Shown here: positions 1-7,506 of the stretch, one piece after another | Layout of the letters: each line of letters begins with the position of its first letter | Numbering within the stretch: position 1 is the first letter of the stretch | Source of the DNA: an uncultured virus (IMG/VR IMGVR_UViG_3300021089_000003) | Lineage: Duplodnaviria; Heunggongvirae; Uroviricota; Caudoviricetes | Direction: 5' to 3' (one strand) | IMG/VR virus record: IMGVR_UViG_3300021089_000003 | Length of the DNA stretch: 64,000 bases | Position numbers and translations under genes: made by a program | Notes under the pieces: model-generated | The model's input: the letters and a program-made list of their open reading frames with translations, nothing else | Database searches by the model: none | What the model was told of the DNA's origin: nothing

Positions 1-774
1 CCTTTCGGCACCACCTTGTAATTCTCTGTTTGTTTTTCCTTGAGTGTGACCTAATCTTACTTGAATATCTAAATAATCCGCCAAATATTCTATTTGTTCT
101 TCGAATCGAATACCTAATCTATTCATGATTGGACCAAAATCTTTTTGAAGGTCTCCACTAATTTTAGAAAATCTTTGTGTACCTATTAAAGCATTACCAC
201 CAAATAATGCAAGTGTATTTGCCGCACCGTGAACTGCATTTTGGAACATCTCTAAACTTACACCGGCATCTATTGCCATTTTTCTATATCCAAACAATCC
301 TCCAGCGAATTGTACCCCTGCTTCAGATAAATTACGGAATGTTTCTATTTGTTTATGAATTTCTATAGTTAATTGATTAAATGCTTGACCTAAAGTTCTA
401 CCTAAAACACCTAGACTACTCGTTGCTGATTCAACTATGTGTCCAAAAGAATCTACTTGGGTTCTTGAATCTAATATGCTTGAACCAAATGCTTTTACAA
501 CTTGAATTGTAGTTGAGTGTCTACGCCCATAAAACTCTAGTATAGCATTTACTTTGTCAGTACCTTCAAGAGTCTTTAGTTGTTTTTTAAATTTTTTATC
601 TTCTTGCGAAATGCTTCTTTCTCTCGCTTTATTTTCTTTTTGTATGTTGGCTAATGTGGCATTGGCACCACCTGTTGGCAGTTTAGATACGGATTCTATA
701 CGGATATCTTTACTAGATGTGGATAAACCAGCCTCTACTAAATCCTGACCTCTTATTATAAATCCTTCTGCCAT
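1..774 (-). CDS. Probable tail tape-measure protein, N-terminal part (runs off the window; absent from the ORF track)
   Basis: ATG at 774 gives MAEGFIIRGQDLVEAGLS...; the segments translated by hand are open and helical-looking (IHKQIETFRNLSEAGVQFAG). Lies next to a hub/chaperone gene, with a late promoter at 844-849. Confidence 0.6.
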   Translation of the reverse strand, partial: MAEGFIIRGQDLVEAGLSTSSKDIRIESVSKLPTGGANATLANIQKENKARERSISQEDKKFKKQLKTLEGTDKVNAILEFYGRRHSTTIQVVKAFGSSILDSRTQVDSFGHIVESATSSLGVLGRTLGQAFNQLTIEIHKQIETFRNLSEAGVQFAGGLFGYRKMAIDAGVSLEMFQNAVHGAANTLALFGGNALIGTQRFSKISGDLQKDFGPIMNRLGIRFEEQIEYLADYLDIQVRLGHTQGKTNRELQGGAER

Positions 775-787
775 TATTAAAACCCTA

Positions 788-807
788 GTTAATTGCTCTC
801 ATAAATA
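788..807 (+). promoter_or_regulatory. Late promoter (GTTAATT-N7-TAAATA) for the gp26-like gene
   Basis: TAAATA at 802-807 resembles the T4 late box TATAAATA; GGAG Shine-Dalgarno just before ATG 862. Confidence 0.6.
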
Positions 808-843
808 TATGCGTATATTACCTTATATCAATATATAGAGTAA

Positions 844-849
844 TATTTA
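844..849 (-). promoter_or_regulatory. Late promoter TAAATA for the tape-measure-like gene
   Basis: tattta on the + strand, 70 nt upstream of ATG 774. Confidence 0.5.
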
Positions 850-861
850 TACGGAGAAACT

Positions 862-1728
862 ATGCCAAAAAAAACAACAAGTGCTAAATCTAATCCTTTA
901 GAAAAGTATTTTAGACAACCTAAAATTTATCTAAAATTACCTAGTGGAGGTACATTTTATCCCGAAGGAGCATTAGATTTACCTGAAAACGGTGAAGTAC
1001 CTGTATATCCAATGACAGCAAAAGATGAGCTCACATTCAAAACGCCTGATGCATTAATTAATGGTCAAGCTACAGTTGAAGTTATTAAGAGTTGTGTACC
1101 TAATATTAAAGATCCATGGCAAATGCCAAGTATTGATATGGATGCACTTTTAATAGGAATTAGATTAGCAACATATGGTGAACAAATGACTCTTAGTGTT
1201 AAAGTTCCTGTTACAGGAGCTGATAGAGATATGGAAGTTGATTTAAGAGTTTTACTTGATAAACTTATTGTAGCAAAATATGACGATACACTTTTTCATG
1301 ATAACATGGAAATAAAAGTAAAACCTTTATCTTATTCAGAGTATACTAAAAATTCTCTTAAAACTTTTGAAGAACAAAAAATCTATAGTTTAGTAAATGA
1401 TAAAACTATACCAGACGAAGAAAAAATGGATATGTTTAGCAAGAGTTTTATTAGACTAACACAATTAACTGTCGATATGGTTGCAGGAAGTATTATTAGT
1501 ATTAAAGTTGATGGGGAAACTGTTACTGATTCTAAAATGATTAATGAATTCATTAATAAAGCAGAAAAAGAATTTTATCAATCAGTTTTAGATCACATTA
1601 CAAAACAACGTGATGAATTTGCCATTAAACCTTTTACAGCTACAACAACTGAAGACGAACAGGCTAAAGGTGCACCTAAAGAATTTGACGTTCCAGTAAC
1701 TTTTGATAGTTCAAATTTTTTCGCATAA
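862..1728 (+). CDS. gp26: T4 gp26-like baseplate hub subunit / tail assembly chaperone
   Basis: Motifs FRQPKIYLKLPS, VYPMTAKDE, DMDALLIGIRLATYGE and C-terminal FDSSNFFA. Confidence 0.75.
   Translation: MPKKTTSAKSNPLEKYFRQPKIYLKLPSGGTFYPEGALDLPENGEVPVYPMTAKDELTFKTPDALINGQATVEVIKSCVPNIKDPWQMPSIDMDALLIGIRLATYGEQMTLSVKVPVTGADRDMEVDLRVLLDKLIVAKYDDTLFHDNMEIKVKPLSYSEYTKNSLKTFEEQKIYSLVNDKTIPDEEKMDMFSKSFIRLTQLTVDMVAGSIISIKVDGETVTDSKMINEFINKAEKEFYQSVLDHITKQRDEFAIKPFTATTTEDEQAKGAPKEFDVPVTFDSSNFFA
1713..1722 (+). other. Putative -1 ribosomal frameshift site (A AAT TTT / T TTT TTC)
   Basis: Two overlapping X XXY YYZ heptamers in the reading frame of the 862-1728 gene; the -1 frame is open from 1710 to 1952. 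Confidence 0.6.
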
Positions 1729-1733
1729 GGATC

Positions 1734-1952
1734 TTGACAAAAACTCTCCCTGAAATTTTGCAGGAGGTGAAGGTCCTAGATAATGAGAGCAAACAGCTTA
1801 AAGCAGATATCATGAGATTAGCTTGGTATATGCGAGGCGGAATCACATTGGATGAAGCATTTAATACAACCTTCGAAGATCGCCAAATAATGTCAACAAT
1901 AGTTAAAGAAAACCTTGATACAACTAAAAAATCAGGATTACCGTTCTTTTAA
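1734..1952 (+). CDS. gp51-like hub assembly protein; probably the frameshift extension of 862-1728
   Basis: LAWYMRGGITLDEAF...DRQIM..IVKENLD motif; only a weak TTG start with a poorly spaced SD. Confidence 0.6.
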   Translation: MTKTLPEILQEVKVLDNESKQLKADIMRLAWYMRGGITLDEAFNTTFEDRQIMSTIVKENLDTTKKSGLPFF

Positions 1953-2016
1953 TCCACAAATTTGATACCTAAAACATTATATGAATACTTAATTCCGTGA
2001 GGACACCGTTCTAAAT

Positions 2017-2589
2017 ATGCCTGTAATGGAAATTTACACACAAATTAACAAGCCCGACTGGGTGCATCAAAATGACACTTGGTTGCCTTGCTTAAAGTCC
2101 ACGACAGTGGACCATAAAGAAGCAAAAAAACAAACCTTGTTAATAACTCACATCAAAGCTATAGAGCACTACAAGTATTCCCTTGAGCCATTGTTCGATC
2201 AAAAGGTCATATGCGTAGGTTCTAAAACTTACGATAGACTTCATGAGATGGGATTCAAACATATAGACTGGCGCCCCCGCGCCGAAGAAATTCGGATCGT
2301 GTCGCGAGACACAGGAGATATTACATGGTTAAGGGGAGACAAATGGGCACGAGATTTTTCACACATACAAAAAGTTACAACAATCCAAACATACAAAAGC
2401 GAATCGCACAAAACTAACATTAAAAAAATATTAAAGATGAGTCCAGACATATTGCACGTATACAGCAATACAGTATTAAAAGAATTTGAAATAAGAAGTT
2501 GGCCTACAACACTTTTAAACCACACTCAGAGTTGTGATCCAGAACGAGCACTGTGGAAAGAAACAAAAGTATTTGATCCTAATGTATAG
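2017..2589 (+). CDS. hemD: Uroporphyrinogen-III synthase (HemD)-like protein
   Basis: VICVGSKTYDRLHEMGF, ITWLRGD, IQTYKS and DILHVYSNTVLKEF match the order and spacing of HemD motifs; short and divergent; start may be 2026. Confidence 0.55.
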   Translation: MPVMEIYTQINKPDWVHQNDTWLPCLKSTTVDHKEAKKQTLLITHIKAIEHYKYSLEPLFDQKVICVGSKTYDRLHEMGFKHIDWRPRAEEIRIVSRDTGDITWLRGDKWARDFSHIQKVTTIQTYKSESHKTNIKKILKMSPDILHVYSNTVLKEFEIRSWPTTLLNHTQSCDPERALWKETKVFDPNV

Positions 2590-2975
2590 TGAATGAACTT
2601 CGTTCATTCAAGTTGGTCTTCGACCCACTGTTTATCCTATTAATTTGTTACGAAGTAACTTGCATCATGCAGATAGTTCAACCATACTTCTCCCAAAACG
2701 GGAGAAGCACAGTCATCATGCGAGATGAGCCTGCCATTTTGTGCAAAGAGATTTTTTACGGAGGCGGTAACCCGACAACCCCCTACTCAGAACTTCTATA
2801 GTTACGGGAGATTATTAATTCTACACAAATCAAACTAATAATCTTGGTGTTGTATCTTTTTCACAGAGCACCTTCTTTATGTAATGTGCAACACATCAGT
2901 ATCTAACCGCACAAATTGGCGGCTTCAAGATGAATCGAGCTCCCTCGATTAAACGGAGTTGCTATATTGTTATTT
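2590..2975 (-). ncRNA. Large structured non-coding element (candidate ncRNA and/or replication origin)
   Basis: At least 8 hairpins in ~390 nt of intergenic DNA; several stems extend only via G-U pairs on the minus strand; three C(GAA)G mini-hairpins at 2590-2659. Confidence 0.7.
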
Positions 2976-2978
2976 TGG

Positions 2979-3521
2979 TTATATGCCTTGAGTTGATAAT
3001 TGTGCAACTTGTGATTTATTAAGTTGCCAAAAGGAATCAAATTCTGTAAAAACCCAGTGTGTATTAGATTTATTGTGAGTATAAAGAACATGACTAGCCA
3101 TAGTTAACCTAACCTGGCGTTCTGGTGACGTCAATTTGGTTTCGAAGCACACATACCTACCTTTACGGTTAAATTTCATTGCTAGGATGTTAAAATCATT
3201 ATTTTGTGCTGAATCTAATGTTTGTTCTAACCACTCATCTAGTTTAAGAACAGGTTTATTCCATATAAGCTGATGAAAAGGAAATTCAGAATAGTTTTTA
3301 CATTCCATATTGAAATGATTCCACGTGTCAGGAGGTATTATGTCGCTTTTTGCTCCGCGGATTTGTCCTTCGGACAAAGTGTCCTTACGGACCGCGTTGG
3401 CTCCGCCAACAAATGCACCACTTGCCGGTACCCTGATAAAAGACAGCTGATATAAATCAGACAAGAAATTTGCCATTTCTCTTTCAAATCCTTTTCCTTT
3501 ATTTTTACTCTTGCTTGCCAT
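2979..3521 (-). CDS. Holliday junction resolvase, Hjc-like PD-(D/E)XK nuclease
   Basis: SKNKGKGFEREMANFL, RVPASGA, SDIIPP and MECKNY motifs. Confidence 0.8.
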   Translation of the reverse strand: MASKSKNKGKGFEREMANFLSDLYQLSFIRVPASGAFVGGANAVRKDTLSEGQIRGAKSDIIPPDTWNHFNMECKNYSEFPFHQLIWNKPVLKLDEWLEQTLDSAQNNDFNILAMKFNRKGRYVCFETKLTSPERQVRLTMASHVLYTHNKSNTHWVFTEFDSFWQLNKSQVAQLSTQGI

Positions 3522-3744
3522 TGTTAATTGTTTTTAATAATTTCCTATCATTTTTTGCTTTATGATATTCATCATGAAGTTCTTTTCTTCGTTTCCTTGC
3601 TAATATACGTATCGTTCCAAGTGCTCGTCTGGCATCTATTTTTGGAATTTTACTTTTCTTTTTAGCAAATAACTCATTATTTTTAAAGTAATCTAAGTAT
3701 GCTTTAGTTAGTTTATCGTGTGTATCATCTTCCTGTTGGCTCAT
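3505..3744 (-). CDS. Small basic helical protein (histone H1/Hc1-like DNA-binding)
   Basis: ARRALGTIRILARKRRKEL; start moved to ATG 3744, which follows GGAGG. Confidence 0.5.
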   Translation of the reverse strand: MSQQEDDTHDKLTKAYLDYFKNNELFAKKKSKIPKIDARRALGTIRILARKRRKELHDEYHKAKNDRKLLKTINNGKQE

Positions 3745-5512
3745 AAACCTCCATATCGTTAGCGTATGACGTAAATCCATTTTCTTTTATTACTTTAAGT
3801 ACATTATTCACACGACCTATTAATTCATCTTTATGACTTATAAGGAATATATTTTTACTTCTTTCCCTACTCATCTTTTTAAGAATTGCTAAAGAACTTT
3901 CTACTCCAGCTACATCCATACCACTATCTATTAATTCATCTATAAACAATAAATTAATTTGTTGATATAAATTTTCCCAAACATCTCTAAATGCAAAACT
4001 TAATCCTAATATTAATCTATTTCTTTCACCTCTACTTAAATTATCAAAGTCTAAATCTTGTCCTAATTGTGTTATTTCTACAGATAAATCATTTTTAAAT
4101 GTAACAATATGAGGTAAACCTAATTGATCTAAATATTTCATTAATCTACTATTAAGGAATCCTAAATTTTGATCTATAATTTTTTTTCTAATAAAACTGT
4201 CTTTGTTAGTTAATAACTTCATTAAAAATTCTTGGTGTTCTTTTAGTGTTTGCATAGTATTAACATTATTCCAATTAATTTCTTGTACAGCCTGATTTGT
4301 AAGTTCAGATATTTGATCAACATAAGGATTTTTATCCAAATATTTTGTTTTAAGATTTGATTTTAAATTTTCTAAATGTTGTTTATGCTCATATGCATCA
4401 TCAACAACTTCATAAAACGTTTCAGGTTTAGTTCCTGCATTTCCTAATTTTCCTATTTCATTTTCAACTTTACTTAATTTTATACTTAATTCTATAACAT
4501 AACTATTTGCTTCACCATATTCTTCTTCTAATTTTTTCTGCAAATCTCTTACTTTGTCTATTGGTAAATCTTGACCACAAGCATAACATATAGCTTCTTG
4601 ATGTAAACCGTCTAAATCTATATCTATTTTCTTTGCAACTTTGTCTGATTGTTCAATTGTAGATTCATAATTTTCAACATCTGTTTGTAATTGCATTATT
4701 TTGTCATTAAGTTTATTCCAAGATTCTAATTCTTTATGCAATTTTAATTCTTTTTCAATATCCACAGATTCTAATTTTTTAATAGTGTCTTGCATATCTT
4801 TTAAATCTACTTGCTTTTGCGTTTCCCACGCTTTAGATTTATGCGTAAGTGATATTATTGTTTCCTCAATTCTATCATTACTAATTTTAATTTGTTCTAA
4901 TCTTGCAGTTTCTAATGCAATTTCTTCTTTCATTCCTTTAACTTTTTCTTTAAGTATAGCCGCCTTTTCAGACAATAATGTTATACCTAATAATTGTTCT
5001 ATTATATCCTGTTGTTCTGTATGATGTAAACTTAAAAAAGGTTGTGTATATGTGTTTAAAGCAACAATATGTTTAAACATCCTTGAACTTATACCCAGCA
5101 TACGGCTTATATCTTCTTGTGTTTTTCTGCTGTCTCCTTGTGCATCTTCGGACATTTCTTGTTCTGTATCATTTACATAATACTTCAGTATGTTTGGTTT
5201 TCGTCCACGTTCTATTCTATATTTTGTAGATTCTTTTTCAAAAGTTATTGTAACCACCATATTTTTATTATTGGTTTTGTTAACTAAATTATCTCTTTTA
5301 ATTTTAGTTAATGCTTCTCCAAATAATGCATAACTTAAAGCATTTACAATGGTTGTTTTACCTGTACCGTTTCTACTTCCAGCATCATCACCACCCATAT
5401 CAAGATTTTCTCCTAATACTAATGTTAATAATTGTTGTTGAAAATTTATTGCTTGGGTTTGTTGTCCCACGCTCATGAAATTTTTTACTGTCAGGTTATT
5501 AATTTTAATCAT
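3725..5512 (-). CDS. gp46: Recombination endonuclease subunit gp46 (SbcC/Rad50 ATPase)
   Basis: Walker A NGTGKTT, zinc hook CYAC, signature LSRGE, Walker B LLFIDE, H-loop ISHK. Confidence 0.95.
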   Translation of the reverse strand: MIKINNLTVKNFMSVGQQTQAINFQQQLLTLVLGENLDMGGDDAGSRNGTGKTTIVNALSYALFGEALTKIKRDNLVNKTNNKNMVVTITFEKESTKYRIERGRKPNILKYYVNDTEQEMSEDAQGDSRKTQEDISRMLGISSRMFKHIVALNTYTQPFLSLHHTEQQDIIEQLLGITLLSEKAAILKEKVKGMKEEIALETARLEQIKISNDRIEETIISLTHKSKAWETQKQVDLKDMQDTIKKLESVDIEKELKLHKELESWNKLNDKIMQLQTDVENYESTIEQSDKVAKKIDIDLDGLHQEAICYACGQDLPIDKVRDLQKKLEEEYGEANSYVIELSIKLSKVENEIGKLGNAGTKPETFYEVVDDAYEHKQHLENLKSNLKTKYLDKNPYVDQISELTNQAVQEINWNNVNTMQTLKEHQEFLMKLLTNKDSFIRKKIIDQNLGFLNSRLMKYLDQLGLPHIVTFKNDLSVEITQLGQDLDFDNLSRGERNRLILGLSFAFRDVWENLYQQINLLFIDELIDSGMDVAGVESSLAILKKMSRERSKNIFLISHKDELIGRVNNVLKVIKENGFTSYANDMEVYEPTGR

Positions 5513-6516
5513 TACAAGTCTCTATAAATTGACAACAATACTTTTTTATCATAGTTGTCAGAATCAATTGCTTCTATTTCTTTAGATACAATTTGATCCA
5601 CAGATTCAAATTTTGTAACATCCAAATCTGTATGAATTTCTTCATCTTTCTTACTAGGTATTAATACAATTTCTCTACAATGATACTCCTTCATGAAATT
5701 TTCTTTAATAAAACTTGCTTCTTCATAACTAATATCTACATCCAAACTTACTCTAAGATGCATTTTTGGTTTCATTATGTCTTTTGTTTTATCTAATAAT
5801 TCACTTAATTTAACATTTTTATATTTTGGACAATTCCACCAATTAATATATTCGGGTTCTTTACCCCATTCTAAAAACATCATTCCTCTGTCATTGTCAT
5901 CTACATCTGCGTAATTGTGTGGCATAGCATTACCAATATAAGTTATATTTTTAGCTGTTTGTCTTTTATGAAAGTGTCCCGAAAATACATACTCTTGATT
6001 TTTGAAATTAGCAGGCATTAATTCTCCAGTGTCTGGCATTTCAATCATAGCGTTCATTAAGAAATGAGGTAATTCAAAATGACCAAACATATATTTGGCT
6101 TTTATTTTGGTTACTTTTTTCCATTCATCACCTATCATCCATGGAACCATAGTTACCTCTCCTATAGTAGTGACTTCATTAACAATAGTAATACCTGGAA
6201 TAAATTTTCCAAATTCTACAGAATGAATGTCTCGTTTATCTTTAAAGTATAAATCGTGATTGCCCGGAAAAAAATAAAAATTTTTAAAAGCCTTACCTAA
6301 TTTTTCTAAACTTCTTAAAGAAGCGTCCATAGTTGTTAAATTTAATGAATTTCTATTATGGTGCCAATCACCACAAAACATTCCTGTTTCACAACCCCGT
6401 TCTTTGGCTTGTTCTATATACCAATCTATAAATTCTTCGCAATCGTTATTATGAATTTTTGAATTTGATTTTAGTCCAAAATGAATGTCCGTGAATACTG
6501 CTAATTTTTTAAACAA
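5512..6516 (-). CDS. gp47: Recombination endonuclease subunit gp47 (SbcD/Mre11)
   Basis: DIHFG, GDWHH, GNHD and SGHFH phosphoesterase motifs. Confidence 0.95.
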   Translation of the reverse strand: MFKKLAVFTDIHFGLKSNSKIHNNDCEEFIDWYIEQAKERGCETGMFCGDWHHNRNSLNLTTMDASLRSLEKLGKAFKNFYFFPGNHDLYFKDKRDIHSVEFGKFIPGITIVNEVTTIGEVTMVPWMIGDEWKKVTKIKAKYMFGHFELPHFLMNAMIEMPDTGELMPANFKNQEYVFSGHFHKRQTAKNITYIGNAMPHNYADVDDNDRGMMFLEWGKEPEYINWWNCPKYKNVKLSELLDKTKDIMKPKMHLRVSLDVDISYEEASFIKENFMKEYHCREIVLIPSKKDEEIHTDLDVTKFESVDQIVSKEIEAIDSDNYDKKVLLSIYRDL

Positions 6517-6547
6517 GTCATATCTCCTGTATTTTAGTTTGCTCTTT

Positions 6548-6576
6548 AGTTTAAACTAAATTTATTTTTATGTCAA
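6548..6576 (-). promoter_or_regulatory. sigma70-type promoter for the gp47-gp46 operon
   Basis: TTGACA-17 nt-TAAACT on the minus strand. Confidence 0.75.
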
Positions 6577-6578
6577 CC

Positions 6579-7430
6579 TTAACGTTTTTTTTTCTTAACC
6601 GGTTTCTTTGTAGGAGTTGGTGGAGGTGGTGTTCCGGGTGCTGTATTGGACGTCTGAGCTTGTCTGGTGCTACTAGGCATCATATTATTCATTTCCAATA
6701 TGTCATCTCTAATGTTTTGATTTCGTTTTTCGATATTAATAATTCGAACAAATGAATTTGTAACTGCCGCTGTATAGTATGCAAAAGGATTATTAGATTT
6801 TGATTCATCAAATTGTAAACCTATTTGTGCTAATTGTAATATAGCTTGTCCTTGCATTTCATCATTATAAGTGTAGCCTCTTACATTACCTCTAGTAGAA
6901 TAACGTTCACAAAGTTTCATCCACATTTGTGCTAATCTTGTAGTAACTTTACCGCTTTCTTTATTAAATTTACCATTATGTAATCCGCCTTCCCAATGAC
7001 TTTTTCCTACACATACCAAATTACCAGTTTCGTTATATTTCCAATGTTGAAATGGTGGAAAATTTACTTTAACTTTTGTATCTGCAATGGTTCTAGGATT
7101 TCTTCTACGTCCAGGTTCTTCTGGAATATGATTGTATGTCATTACTCTGAATACTAAATCATCTTTAAGTATTTTTTTATAATTTATTTCACAATCACTA
7201 TATCTTATTTTTGGATTAATTTTCTTTTGTTTTTCATACTCTTGTTGGCATAGTCTTTTAGCTTTATTACGTTTAGCTTGGGCAATAGTTCTTACGTTAA
7301 TTTTCTCTATAAATGGTACTATTAAGTCGTATTGGGAGTGATTATCAGTAGGAAATGTGCAATAACTGACCTTAGATTTGTGTATTTCTGATAATAGATC
7401 CTTATTGTTTAGATAATTTACTTTTTTCAT
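6579..7430 (-). CDS. gp55: Late-transcription sigma factor (T4 gp55-like)
   Basis: VNYLNNKDLL, GYTYNDEM, FDESKSNNPFAYYT and IEKRNQNIRD motifs; adjacent to gp47/gp46 as in T4. Confidence 0.9.
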   Translation of the reverse strand: MKKVNYLNNKDLLSEIHKSKVSYCTFPTDNHSQYDLIVPFIEKINVRTIAQAKRNKAKRLCQQEYEKQKKINPKIRYSDCEINYKKILKDDLVFRVMTYNHIPEEPGRRRNPRTIADTKVKVNFPPFQHWKYNETGNLVCVGKSHWEGGLHNGKFNKESGKVTTRLAQMWMKLCERYSTRGNVRGYTYNDEMQGQAILQLAQIGLQFDESKSNNPFAYYTAAVTNSFVRIINIEKRNQNIRDDILEMNNMMPSSTRQAQTSNTAPGTPPPPTPTKKPVKKKKR

Positions 7431-7454
7431 AGGGTTCCTTAATAATTAGTCTAC

Positions 7455-7483
7455 ATTATAAACATAGTAGTTAATTTTGTCAA
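7455..7483 (-). promoter_or_regulatory. Consensus sigma70 promoter for the gp55-like gene
   Basis: TTGACA-17 nt-TATAAT on the minus strand. Confidence 0.85.
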
Positions 7484-7490
7484 CTAAATA
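7470..7490 (+). promoter_or_regulatory. Late promoter (GTTAATT-N8-TAAATA) for the baseplate operon
   Basis: TAAATA at 7485-7490, then an AGGAG SD and ATG 7507. Confidence 0.65.
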
Positions 7491-7506
7491 TTTGCATAGG
7501 AGCATT

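Noticed and set aside
177..748. Plus-strand ORFs 177-368 and 554-748
   Set aside because: Shadows of the long minus-strand ORF starting at 774.
2589..2801. 70-aa ORF (and 2903-3091) over the structured element
   Set aside because: GTG start inside a hairpin, no SD and no protein motifs; the sequence is better explained by base-pairing.
2590..2975. tRNA, tmRNA, group I intron or retron msr-msd
   Set aside because: No cloverleaf or T-loop, no interrupted gene, and no reverse transcriptase nearby.
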